Part shown: one piece after another, positions 1-10,110 of the stretch
How positions within the stretch are numbered: position 1 is the stretch's first letter
Layout of the letters: each line of letters starts with the position of its first letter
DNA from: Epithemia pelagica
Taxonomy: Eukaryota > Protista > Bacillariophyta
DNA: 64,000 bases
Assembly: GCA_946965045.2 (NCBI GenBank)
Contig: OX337238.1
Span: forward strand, 1,054,001-1,118,000
Direction: 5' to 3'
Position numbers and translations under genes: made by a program
The notes under the pieces: generated by a model
Told to the model about the DNA's origin: nothing
The model's input: only the letters and a program-made list of their open reading frames with translations
Database searches by the model: none

Positions 1-18
1 GTTCCTTACCTAGCTCCC

Positions 19-2991
19 ATGTCGTCGTCTGGCTTCTCGTCGCGTTTTTCGTCTGCTCCTCGCGAGCGTGTGTCTCTGGGCCCTCGCCCTCCCGCTGCGT
101 CTTCGCGTCCTCCTTCGGAGGCCACGTTGCCATCTCTGTCGGGCCTCGGTGTGGGAGTTGGAACGACTACTTTGCGGGTCCCTGTTTCGACGTTGTCGGG
201 TCTTGCACCTGCTTTGTCGGACACGGGGGGGGGGGGGGATAACGAAGGAGTGAGTGGTGATGTGGCTGGTTTGACTGGTTCGGATCGTGGTGGCACGGAA
301 GCATCTCTTGCATCGGCTGGGGGAGGTGCATTTGCACCCCCCTCCCCGCCGCTTTTCTTCTCCCGTGACCGTGCGGGGAGTTTTGCTGCGGGCGTGAACT
401 CTTCGAGTTCTCGTGCGTCGGAAGTTGGATGGTACGCTGGCTTAACTGGTGGCCGTGAAGATGCTGACGCTTCCAGCGGCGGGCCGCCTCCTACTTCTCA
501 AGAGCGGCTTGCTTCTGCATGGGCTAAGTCTGATCGGGAAAGCGAATCTTGGTTCTTGAAGTCGCGTGGTGGGATTTCTGAGAAAGATTCTCTCGAATCC
601 GGAACACCGATGGATGAAGACACCAAGCAAGCTGGGCGAAAACCTTCTGCAGTCGCTTCGATTGCAGAAACTTTTGGTTCTGATCGGTTCCCTGGGGGAT
701 TCCCTTCAAAGTCGGAGATCCATCATGGTGAGCACCCAATCTCTAACAATTTTGTGTCTGTGCGTTGCGTCGATGTGAGTGAGCATGATTTGTGTGGCAG
801 CGCTGTTGGTGCGTCGGGAAAGTTTTGTACGCTCCGCAAGATCTATTGTAAAACCAAGTCCCATCACAAAAGGGGACCCACCTTTCTCGACACCCTGAAG
901 AACAAGGGCCTCGGGAAAGTGCTCTTCATCAACGCTCCAATGAGTAGAGCACAGAAAGGGAAAGAAGATGCCCCTCTGCAAGCCTTCCAAGATCCGTACT
1001 TGGATGCGGCGGCGCTGGATTCGTCTAAGGTCGAAGAACTGATGGCGGCCAAAATTCAGCCGGTCTTAGTCTGGACATCGCTATTCTCGTTGATCAAGAG
1101 CGAAATGCAATCGGATTTGGAACCTACCAAGAAAAATATCGGAGCGGCCTTGGAAGCCATTGGCGAATTGGACGGAGCCGAAACGGATTCATGGTCCATC
1201 GCTGAAGACGATGAATTGGGCTTCGCTACTATGTCGGCATTAAAGAACAAGGCGGTCCACGTCGCTCACACTCCAGCGAAGGGCCTACGTTTGGAAGATG
1301 TGGAACTCCCTCCGCCGATGGAGCCACTTGATTTGCGACCTTTGTCCGCGGAGTCGGCGAACGTAAAGGAAGCTTTGGTTCACAACACTGTTGTGCTGGG
1401 CCAAGCCACTCAAGCATCATCTAATCAACTCGTGGCTTTACGAGCAAGGCAGCTAGAGCAAAACCGGCTGTTGAACATTTTGGTCAACAAAGTGAACGTC
1501 ATGAACGGTCTGCTGGGAGCTCCCCCGTCTGGAGCTGAAACGGTGTCTGTTTGGCAAGCTGTATCGGAGCTACAAGACAAAGAGACGAAACAAGAGGATG
1601 TTTCAGAGGAGTCGAAAGAATGGCGGATCGGAATGATGGATCTCCATCAGAAGATGCATTCGCTCTCCTCCGATCTTGAAGAGGCTAAGCGAAAATCGGA
1701 CGGGTACGAAAAGGACCGCCAGATGCTCAAGCTCCTGCCCGAAGAAGTCAAGAGAATGATTTGGCAGGAATTGAAGAAGGTGGAAAACACAATCATCGAC
1801 GCAAACGAGTATTTCCAAGGAGGAGGTCGCGTCGAGCTAGAGAACCATATTCGATATTTGACCGACACCTTGCATTCGGTGCTACAACAAAGGACGGCAA
1901 GTTCATCCAACTTAGCAAGCGCCGGAATTGATCCCCAGGAGATAGTGGAAATAAAGCGACTTCTGAGCAAGATGGAGGAACAGGAACGAACACAACAATT
2001 GCGCATTACAGACTTGGAAGCAAGATCTGAAATGCAGGCCGTTGAAATAGAGGGAGTTCAGTTCAGCTCACCTGCGCAAGTAAAGGCCTTTGTGATTTCG
2101 AACAACGTCTCGGGAGAGGTGCTAAAGTTCGTCGATGCGATGTCTTTTATTGAGATGGCCACCACAGTCTCCCAAAGTTACACGGACAACATTGAGGTCC
2201 AGTACAAGGGGAGCAGGTCGTCGATGGAAAGACCAAGCGACCAGAAGGCTCTGTACTCGTTCCAGCTTATGGCACCGACTGTCATGGCCGGAACTCCGGA
2301 CCAAGCGCGCACAAATCTACGGAAATTATGTAAAATGGATTCGTATCAGCGATTCAAAGGATCCGGGGCGCGAGACTCTGGAGCGGCTAGTGAAATCCGA
2401 AAACTGCTGAACGACAAACACGCAGCGGTGTTGAAAGAGATCCGCACCTCCGAGATGTCTCAAAACGCAAAGTCTATCGCACATGCTCTGTTGACGGACG
2501 CGAAACATTTCCTGGATACTCTTCTGATCTATATGAAAGATCAGGTAGAAGAATATGGATCGGATACAAATCTCAGCGAAGTGCGTCGTTGGGATCTGGT
2601 CCAAAACATTGTGAGAATCGTGTTTGAGGTAATAAGTCAACCACGCAGAGTTTGTATTGAAATCACAATAAAACAAGCCACGAGTCCTGATCGAGCACAT
2701 GATCTGTTGTGGGCAGTTCTCCAAGCCAACCGCTTACAGAGAGAATTTCTCGATCATGAATTTAAAAATCATCCAAAAGTCGGGCCAATGCTTACCCACT
2801 TCCTTCTTGATGTGGTAAGCTTTCACGATGATGTGGACCCGCTTATAAAGGACGTTCAAAAAGCGGTGACCAACGCTGGGCAAGCCAAACGCAAACTGGA
2901 CGCCTTAGAAAGTCAAATCAAGAATATGCAATCGAGACTCCCGTCGAAGAAGGGAAAAGGAAAAGGAGAAACTCCTGAAGCAGCTACGTGA
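19..2991 (+). CDS. YR-1 ORF1, gag-like protein (990 aa)
   Basis: Long ORF with S/P/G-rich N-terminus, coiled-coil-like middle and basic C-terminus, positioned directly upstream of pol. Ends in TGA (2989-2991), in frame with the next open frame. Confidence 0.75.
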   Translation: MSSSGFSSRFSSAPRERVSLGPRPPAASSRPPSEATLPSLSGLGVGVGTTTLRVPVSTLSGLAPALSDTGGGGDNEGVSGDVAGLTGSDRGGTEASLASAGGGAFAPPSPPLFFSRDRAGSFAAGVNSSSSRASEVGWYAGLTGGREDADASSGGPPPTSQERLASAWAKSDRESESWFLKSRGGISEKDSLESGTPMDEDTKQAGRKPSAVASIAETFGSDRFPGGFPSKSEIHHGEHPISNNFVSVRCVDVSEHDLCGSAVGASGKFCTLRKIYCKTKSHHKRGPTFLDTLKNKGLGKVLFINAPMSRAQKGKEDAPLQAFQDPYLDAAALDSSKVEELMAAKIQPVLVWTSLFSLIKSEMQSDLEPTKKNIGAALEAIGELDGAETDSWSIAEDDELGFATMSALKNKAVHVAHTPAKGLRLEDVELPPPMEPLDLRPLSAESANVKEALVHNTVVLGQATQASSNQLVALRARQLEQNRLLNILVNKVNVMNGLLGAPPSGAETVSVWQAVSELQDKETKQEDVSEESKEWRIGMMDLHQKMHSLSSDLEEAKRKSDGYEKDRQMLKLLPEEVKRMIWQELKKVENTIIDANEYFQGGGRVELENHIRYLTDTLHSVLQQRTASSSNLASAGIDPQEIVEIKRLLSKMEEQERTQQLRITDLEARSEMQAVEIEGVQFSSPAQVKAFVISNNVSGEVLKFVDAMSFIEMATTVSQSYTDNIEVQYKGSRSSMERPSDQKALYSFQLMAPTVMAGTPDQARTNLRKLCKMDSYQRFKGSGARDSGAASEIRKLLNDKHAAVLKEIRTSEMSQNAKSIAHALLTDAKHFLDTLLIYMKDQVEEYGSDTNLSEVRRWDLVQNIVRIVFEVISQPRRVCIEITIKQATSPDRAHDLLWAVLQANRLQREFLDHEFKNHPKVGPMLTHFLLDVVSFHDDVDPLIKDVQKAVTNAGQAKRKLDALESQIKNMQSRLPSKKGKGKGETPEAAT

Positions 2992-3909
2992 ATCAACGAG
3001 ACTGGAAGAACGCTACCCAACGAAACAGCACGAGACTCTACGGGCGGACGAAAAAGAGAAAGAAGCAAAGAACCCAAGTTCGGACGAGACAAACGAGAAA
3101 AACTGGAATCATACTCCGCTTGGATCGCGCGGAAAGTCCCGATAGAATCGGCAAGTTATTCTTTGGGCATTGTTTCGTCAGGTTTATCAAGTTGGCTTTT
3201 CTTGCCCGGTAATCTGACAGGTTGTGAAATTAAGTGGTTGGTAACTCCAAAGCACCTGCAAAACTGTTGCTCACACCTAATCTCGTCGGGAACGAAGATC
3301 ATTTGGATGGACCCGAGCACATCTTGTGGCGTCGAAGATTATGTTCCCTATTACGACGACTCAGTCGATGTGGTGGTGTTTGAGGGAGCATGTCGGCCCC
3401 CGAAGGCTTCTCACCCGCTGTGGTTGGGCAGAACTCAGTTGGTTTTGTCCGACAGAGGCATGAGAGGAAAACTACCCGAGGGTTGGTGGTCCCATTCCCA
3501 AGTCATAGCCCATTCGGAAACCGGAGGTGTGACAGATTGGGAGGGACGATCACATTGGTTCGCCAAGACGAGTCGCCATGGGAGAAAACCAAGTCACGCA
3601 AACTATGTGTTTGATGATAGGTTCATTCGGGGGGCGCCTAACCTCTTGATCAATCTCGTGGACCGAACAGTCTCGGGAAAACGGACCAGGGAAAGTCTGG
3701 GAGAGAAGCAACTGGACCCGGGAAAAGACCTATTACCGTGGGATCATGTGGCCGTTTTCCGTAAGAAGCGGTTAGTCCTACCCAAGGTGTACGGACAGAA
3801 CGTTCAAGTTCAAGGTCACTTACCCTTAGAGAGCTGTCGTCTTGTATCGACTTGCCAGTATCCGTGGTGCAGAATTGGAATGACACTACGCTCAAGGCCG
3901 TCGTCGTAG
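2992..3909 (+). pseudogene. YR-1 pol N-terminal segment (possible degenerate C5 DNA methyltransferase-like domain), frameshifted near 3810 into the RT frame
   Basis: The frame is open from 2992 to 3909 and is the same frame as gag. The RT frame opens at 3765 and reads RSLTLRELSSCIDLP at 3813-3857. A 1-nt shift near 3810 joins the two. Confidence 0.55.
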
Positions 3910-6782
3910 CATGCACTAAACCTGTAAAGGTCGTGTCGTGCTTAGGCATGTGCTTACGGGCCCGGTTGACTCAAACGCCATTGGATACGGAAAAAGCAGA
4001 CAAGACGTCAGGGGACTCACAAGAAACGGAACATGGCAAGCATGGCAATAGCCAGACGCAGATGAAATGCCAGAAACATAGTGAGCATGGCTATGGCAAT
4101 GAGGAAACGATCGAGGAAGAGGAACGCATGTCCGGCTACACCAAATTGGTGGATACCACCACGGCAGCGGAGAAGGCGGTAAAACATGATAAAGCTGCGG
4201 TTCCCACGGATTTGTGGGATGACAGGATACGGTTCCTGTTGGACCAGGAGACTTTGACGGAGAATCACCGCAGAGCCTTCAATCTCGTAAGACAAGCAAT
4301 GTTGTCAAGGTGGCGACGCAACGTGACCCGATCATGGCTGGCATGGTGGCGACAGAACAACCATCAATTGAAAATAGATGAACCAAACTGGTGGAAGCTC
4401 ATCAAGCAACGAGGTATAGAGGCATGTCGACATGCCTGTGAGGCCACCTTCTGGGCATGGCCAGCAGGATCCAGTGTCTTCTTTTGGCGATGGCCGCCCA
4501 AATATATGCGTGATCTAGCAATTGGAGTCCCACCTTGCTGGACAGGTATGCCCAAACAACAAATCGTCAGACAAGGCGGGCTTGGTGACGAAAACACTAT
4601 CAAGCGCATCGCTGAAAAGATCGACGACGTGCGCGCCAAGAAATACGTCGGAGAGGACGGTGATTGGAAAGCGACGATGAATTACTTCGCCGTTCCAAAG
4701 GGCGAAGACGACGTACAAATGGTATACGATGGAACAAAGAGCGGTCTCAACGACTGTCTGTACGCCCCCTGGTTCCCGTTGCCAGATGCAGAGGTTCTAG
4801 TTCGTACGCTTGACACTGGCTATTGGTGCGTAGACAATGACTACGGCGAGATGTTTCTAAACTTCTGGATTCATCCGGAATTACAGGAGTTTAGCGCCAT
4901 GGACTTCACCCCAATCTACGGGAGGAAAGAAAACGGCGAATTGTGGATTGAAGGGTGGACAAGATGCGCTATGGGACAGAGTCCTTCGCCGTTTACGACG
5001 GTGCAACAAACGCGACGTCTGAAAAGGTTGATGTTGGGCGATAGAAGAAGACGATCAAATGTTTTCAGATGGTATCGGGTAGTGACAAACCTCCCGGGCA
5101 CTATGGATTATCGCCCAGGAGAACCCTGGATCGCAAAACGGAGACAGAATGGGGCGCTAGCGGCGGACGCCCACGATTACGTGGACGACTTACGAGGAAC
5201 TGGGCCAACGTCCAATGACGCATGGAGGATAAACTCAGTTATTGCAAAAACTGCCTCGTTCTATGGTGTACAGGACGCGGCGCGGAAAAGAAGAGAGCAA
5301 ACACAACGACCAGGAGCGTGGGCTGGAGCAGTATGTGGCACCGCTCCGGATCGTCCTTTCATATCTGTTACCCAAGAGAAGTGGGAAAAGACGCAACGAG
5401 AAATAAGCAGGTTGCGATCAGAGATAGATGGGATAGAATCCGCAACACCAAGAGGTACCGTGCAACGAAAGGTACTCGAAGAAGTTGCAGGGTTTATCAA
5501 TCACGTGGGACGGGCGTATCCAACCTTACTGTTGTATTTGAACGGAGTCTACGCTACCATCAACGTGTGGCGACCCGATCGGGACGAAGACGGTTGGAAA
5601 GTCAATCACCACGAAACAAACTCGCGATACAGTGGTAGTTATAAAGACGCTCCGGCTCGAGTGCGCTTGGTCAAGCGAATGACCTTCGATGTGCAAGCGA
5701 TGGAGTCGCTTACTGCGGCGAAACACCCTCCTGAACGATTCCTGCGTCCGAACAAATCTACCGCTAAAGCCAGGTACTATTTCGGCGATGCTTCTGGAGC
5801 AGGGTTCGGTATGTCCGGTTGGACACCCGGCGACAATGAAATTGAGGTAGACTTTGGGGCGTGGGAGGCTTCGGCGATGCTAGGCTCTTCATCTAACTTC
5901 AGGGAACTAGCGAATATCGTCATGAAGATCGAAGATCTTGATCGCCAAGGACGAATCAATGCAGAAACGGAAATCTTTATTTTTACTGATAACGTCCACG
6001 CCGAAGCAGCGTTTTACCGAGGGTCGGCAAAGTCACCCGAGGTGCTGCACCTGATGTTCCGCCTTCATCAGATCCTCATGAAAGGCAACGCATTCATTCA
6101 TGTGGTTTGGGTGGCGGGAAAAAGAATGATCGCTCAAGGCAGCGACGGTCTATCGCGATCAGACCTAACGAGTGGAGTGTTGAGAGGCCAGAGTATGCTT
6201 GATTACGTCCCATTACACTTGTCGGCAAGTGAACGACAGCCGCAAGGGACATCAACGCTACTCAAACGCATTATGGGTGACCGTTTCAATCGGGCGTTGC
6301 GAATGGAGCCGCAAGACTGGTTCACGGCTCCTCAAGACACCGATGGAATCTTCATCTGGGAGCCTCCCCCTTGCTTGGCTGACGTCGCCATATATATGAT
6401 GAGCGAGGCATGGCATATTCGTCCATGGAATGTGCATGTCATGTTGATTCCGTCTTTAATGAGCGGGAAGTGGAGGAAGATGTTGTTCAAAATTTCCGAC
6501 GTCATCTGTGTGCTGCCTTTTGGTGATGAGTGGTGGCCTCGCGAGTCAGAGTTCGAACCTCTCACTCTCGCGTTTATTTTCCCTCTTCTCCACAGAGCTC
6601 CTTGGCGAATTAAATTCGAACCATTTTTTCGAGACCAAAGCCATTACGTGCGTACGTTGCACAGGCAATCTGTCCCATTCGCGGGGCATCATCTGTGCCA
6701 ACTATGGGCACGAGCGTGGTCATTGGAAGGCGTGTCGTTCGGCGTATCACCCTCGTTGCTACGAGGTAACGGCCAAGCCTGA
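3852..6782 (+). CDS. YR-1 pol: reverse transcriptase - RNase H - DIRS-type methyltransferase-like domain
   Basis: RT motifs YFAVPKG/VYDGT, DNDYGEMFLNF, MGQSPSP, YVDD. RNase H motifs FGDASGAGFG, SSNFREL, FTDN, AQGSDGLSR. C-terminal IWEPPP...LIP..M...W resembles the MT domain of DIRS/Ngaro pol. Confidence 0.88.
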   Translation: MPVSVVQNWNDTTLKAVVVACTKPVKVVSCLGMCLRARLTQTPLDTEKADKTSGDSQETEHGKHGNSQTQMKCQKHSEHGYGNEETIEEEERMSGYTKLVDTTTAAEKAVKHDKAAVPTDLWDDRIRFLLDQETLTENHRRAFNLVRQAMLSRWRRNVTRSWLAWWRQNNHQLKIDEPNWWKLIKQRGIEACRHACEATFWAWPAGSSVFFWRWPPKYMRDLAIGVPPCWTGMPKQQIVRQGGLGDENTIKRIAEKIDDVRAKKYVGEDGDWKATMNYFAVPKGEDDVQMVYDGTKSGLNDCLYAPWFPLPDAEVLVRTLDTGYWCVDNDYGEMFLNFWIHPELQEFSAMDFTPIYGRKENGELWIEGWTRCAMGQSPSPFTTVQQTRRLKRLMLGDRRRRSNVFRWYRVVTNLPGTMDYRPGEPWIAKRRQNGALAADAHDYVDDLRGTGPTSNDAWRINSVIAKTASFYGVQDAARKRREQTQRPGAWAGAVCGTAPDRPFISVTQEKWEKTQREISRLRSEIDGIESATPRGTVQRKVLEEVAGFINHVGRAYPTLLLYLNGVYATINVWRPDRDEDGWKVNHHETNSRYSGSYKDAPARVRLVKRMTFDVQAMESLTAAKHPPERFLRPNKSTAKARYYFGDASGAGFGMSGWTPGDNEIEVDFGAWEASAMLGSSSNFRELANIVMKIEDLDRQGRINAETEIFIFTDNVHAEAAFYRGSAKSPEVLHLMFRLHQILMKGNAFIHVVWVAGKRMIAQGSDGLSRSDLTSGVLRGQSMLDYVPLHLSASERQPQGTSTLLKRIMGDRFNRALRMEPQDWFTAPQDTDGIFIWEPPPCLADVAIYMMSEAWHIRPWNVHVMLIPSLMSGKWRKMLFKISDVICVLPFGDEWWPRESEFEPLTLAFIFPLLHRAPWRIKFEPFFRDQSHYVRTLHRQSVPFAGHHLCQLWARAWSLEGVSFGVSPSLLRGNGQA

Positions 6783-8170
6783 TCCATTTCCTCGGGACCT
6801 TCAGCCTCGAAAGATGGAATTGGACGCGAATGGGGATTGGGTAGAAGAAACAGAAGGTTGGGAGACTACTGAAAAGGAGCGAAAGGACATGGAGCAATGG
6901 TATACGTGTGCGAGGGCGGGCGACCATCTCATGACCACGTTCCAATGCACACTGTGCCACTTTCGCAACATATACAAAAGAGATCCAGTTTTCGAGTCAA
7001 GGGAAGACGAATGGGCGCAACTTTGTATCACTCGAGCCAACCTAGACGCTTTTTGGGCGAGACGATCAAGTACCGTCAAGAGTAACCTGTTAGAGGTAAT
7101 TCGGGTCATGAAAATTCTCAAAGACCTTCGTGTGGAGAATCCTTGTCCTGATATTCCCAGAGGTCCATTTCCGGACGAAGATGTGCATGGCATGGTGCCT
7201 GCTATGATCTCTCTCCAACGTTCCATGGATCATGGAAGAAACTCCAAGACTATACAGTGGGACACTATGCGAGGGATCCGGTCGGGAATCAGCAACTTTA
7301 TTCACACCACTCCAAAGGGATCAGAGGGAGCCATTCTGTCCGATGGAAAGAGGTCGACACACATTACCACCAGCCCTACGAATTCACTGTGGTTCAAGAA
7401 ATTCATGATCGGCAGCCACGAGCGTATGGGTGACGTCAAGTTGCAAGACGCCGCGGTATCCATTGAGTTGTTGCTGGCTTTACAAGGCTTCTATGAAAAG
7501 GAATGGGCTCGAGAAGAAGAATTGACAGTTGGATACTCGCATTCAAAGTTTGAGACAGTTGTGATGGGAGCAGCACTCATGTTGGGCTTTTCTTCGGCAC
7601 TCCGAGGAGAAGAGCTAGGCCATATCAGACTGGGCGAATCAAAATTTTACACGAGCTTCGGGCTGAAACACCCCAAGAAACCTCATGTGGTGTTGGCTCT
7701 GCAAGGCAGATTTAAGAACACAACGGGCTTTAGAAGACACAAAATTCCGTTGGCAGCCGAATCAAAGTCAGGCATCAAGAATGCTGTGTGGATGACGAGA
7801 TTGTTCAATCTGTATTCATTGGTAGGCGTGGAAGAAGGTCCGCTAATCAGGTTGAGACCCCGGAGCGACCAGGCAGCAAGCATAAGGGAATTGGATATCC
7901 TTTGGCACAAGGGCCTGTATGTGATGCAAATCGCTCATTCGTCACTAGTACCAGACATGTCGGAGTCAGGAGCCTCGTTCAGTGTGAGGCGATGGTTCCA
8001 CCACACAAGCTAGGAACCAACGTGTTCCGAAAGATGTTGTGAATCTCAACAACCGATGGAGGAAACAAGAACAGGCTGGAAACAGGTTCGCTCAATCGGA
8101 AATGTTGGAGGTTTACACGGATGTTGTTGCAGCACTTCGAACGTTGCTGCAGTATTCAGAAGAGTTATAA
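6508..8170 (+). pseudogene. YR-1 tyrosine recombinase, frameshifted at ~7993
   Basis: GFSSALRGEE carries the first catalytic Arg. AGT GTG AGG CGA t GGT TCC ACC reads SVRR + 1 extra nt + GSTT. The shifted frame continues NNRWRK...MLEVYTDV (catalytic Tyr) to TAA at 8170. The ORF-track stop at 8013 results from the frameshift. Confidence 0.85.
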
Positions 8171-8234
8171 TTTGTTCAAAGGCGAGGTGACAGAACGCCT
8201 TTGTTATTTGATACGAAAGAAGATGCAAGGTGGG

Positions 8235-8681
8235 GGATAAGGATAAGCTGACGACATGTCGCTTGTTCGTCGTTTACGAGTTGGCTGTTGGATCTCGGAA
8301 ACCGTGGACATGTGAAAGCTTTGCTAGAGTTCTTGCAGTGGCATGTGAGGATTTTGGCAAATGGTATTTCGCGGAGGTTCGCCCCGCGTGCCAACCCGTG
8401 TATTCGGGGGCCAGTAACTGTACTCGGGTTATGAATCTACGGTCAGCACGAGTGTGCTGGGTAACAGACAGCTACCGAGCGCGCGTCGATTCGAAAGAGT
8501 GGTCTCGCATTTCCCGCGGCCGCTTTGCTCCTATGGGTTGGAGTTGCCCTATCAGTAAATTGTACGTAGTCAGTACTATACGTGCAAATGCATACCCATG
8601 CTTCCTTTGTGTTTGTGACCAATGCCAGTTGAGTAGGTAAAAGGAAGTGAGGCGAGGAGTGAGCAGGACAGAGGAGATGCC
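8235..8681 (+). repeat. YR-1 split direct repeat B1 (447 bp)
   Basis: Near-identical to 8956-9402 (offset 721; one mismatch seen near the 5' end). Confidence 0.95.
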
Positions 8682-8955
8682 TATATGTGCTCAAGCTAAT
8701 CCGGTGGCGACAACAGACGAAGTCAGTCATCGAGCTCACGGACGTTTACCTACAAGAGAAGAATCAGACGATTGAACAAGATCCAAGTGCGTATGAGAAA
8801 TCTCTGTAAGAGTTTGGAACCACGGATTTTGGACAATCGTCTTGGTCACACTGTCTTCAGATTGATCTAGTCGATAAGGTGCTTTTCCCTGCAGGTTCAG
8901 CATCTATTGAGGTTGTATTGCTCTGAGTTTAAGTTTTTTCCCACCCTCCCTCCCT
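8682..8955 (+). repeat. YR-1 putative repeat A2 plus C-rich linker
   Basis: Lies between B1 and B2, as A2 does in YR-2. The partner A1 is predicted upstream of position 1 and cannot be verified here. Confidence 0.6.
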
Positions 8956-9402
8956 GGATAAGGATAAGCTGAAGACATGTCGCTTGTTCGTCGTTTACGA
9001 GTTGGCTGTTGGATCTCGGAAACCGTGGACATGTGAAAGCTTTGCTAGAGTTCTTGCAGTGGCATGTGAGGATTTTGGCAAATGGTATTTCGCGGAGGTT
9101 CGCCCCGCGTGCCAACCCGTGTATTCGGGGGCCAGTAACTGTACTCGGGTTATGAATCTACGGTCAGCACGAGTGTGCTGGGTAACAGACAGCTACCGAG
9201 CGCGCGTCGATTCGAAAGAGTGGTCTCGCATTTCCCGCGGCCGCTTTGCTCCTATGGGTTGGAGTTGCCCTATCAGTAAATTGTACGTAGTCAGTACTAT
9301 ACGTGCAAATGCATACCCATGCTTCCTTTGTGTTTGTGACCAATGCCAGTTGAGTAGGTAAAAGGAAGTGAGGCGAGGAGTGAGCAGGACAGAGGAGATG
9401 CC
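8956..9402 (+). repeat. YR-1 split direct repeat B2 (3' terminus)
   Basis: Direct copy of 8235-8681. Confidence 0.95.
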
Positions 9403-9779
9403 GGAACTTTCCACTGTCTGTTTATGAAAACTTCTTCGCAGCGGGAAAGCCACTTTTTGACCAAGTGGGACACGCAACAGATGATAGTGTTGCCCATCAA
9501 CACAACTACCTCTAACATGTTCTTCACTGTGCAAAAGTATTGGAAGTGGACGTTTCTACCAATGGTGTGAGAACCTACCAACACTGGAGAGACTGTTACA
9601 TGTTCACTGCTCATAATTTATAATAGTTAATAGTCGTACGCATCACATATCAGAGAAAGATCTTTTGTGTCAATGGTACATTTGCATGGAGGACCAGAAA
9701 TTGACGGGAACTTGAATACAAAAGTGGTTCTCTTCCTTATATGTCGTTGTCGTTATGAGACCCGCGTTTTCCTTCCCTT

Positions 9780-10004
9780 TCAACGTTTGTGGGGGGCATT
9801 GACACGACGCTTGTGTGATTTTTTACCCTTGCCTGGCATTGACATATCACCATCACCATGTTGGTCCAGCATTCGCAGAACTTGTTCAAGATCCAAATCG
9901 TCTTCGGGGTCGGCAGACACCAGCACCTGAGCTTGACTCCGAGAAACCCAACTCATCAGAGAAAGGAACATCACAAACAGAAAAGCTGATTTCTTGAGGA
10001 ACAT
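9780..10004 (-). CDS. Possible small secreted protein (74 aa)
   Basis: Signal-peptide-like N-terminus (MFLKKSAFLFVMFLSLMSWVSRSQA), acidic segment, then MSMP-GKGKK basic tail. Short and otherwise unsupported. Confidence 0.3.
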   Translation of the reverse strand: MFLKKSAFLFVMFLSLMSWVSRSQAQVLVSADPEDDLDLEQVLRMLDQHGDGDMSMPGKGKKSHKRRVNAPHKR

Positions 10005-10110
10005 GGTTGCGTATAGGTGGGATCAACGAAGTTACGGGCGACGAGGTAAAGGCACCAGCTTCTCCTTCTTTTGTTGTGAAACCAAATTGCAACCATGCGA
10101 AGAGCTCGAG

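Larger units (their letters stand above)
1..9402 (+). mobile_element. YR-1: tyrosine-recombinase retrotransposon (DIRS order, Ngaro/PAT-like split-direct-repeat type); 5' end lies outside the window
   Basis: gag-like ORF, RT-RNaseH ORF and overlapping tyrosine recombinase ORF, followed by a B1-(A2)-B2 repeat arrangement (8235-8681 and 8956-9402). The A1 copy is not visible in the window. Confidence 0.88.

Noticed and set aside
225-238. G14 homopolymer in YR-1 gag
   Set aside because: The frame is preserved (TGGGGD) and there is no evidence of function. Its length may be unreliable in the assembly.
3795-3825. Programmed -1 frameshift in YR-1 pol
   Set aside because: There is no X-XXY-YYZ slippery heptamer, and the shift falls inside a putative domain, so a 1-nt deletion is more likely.
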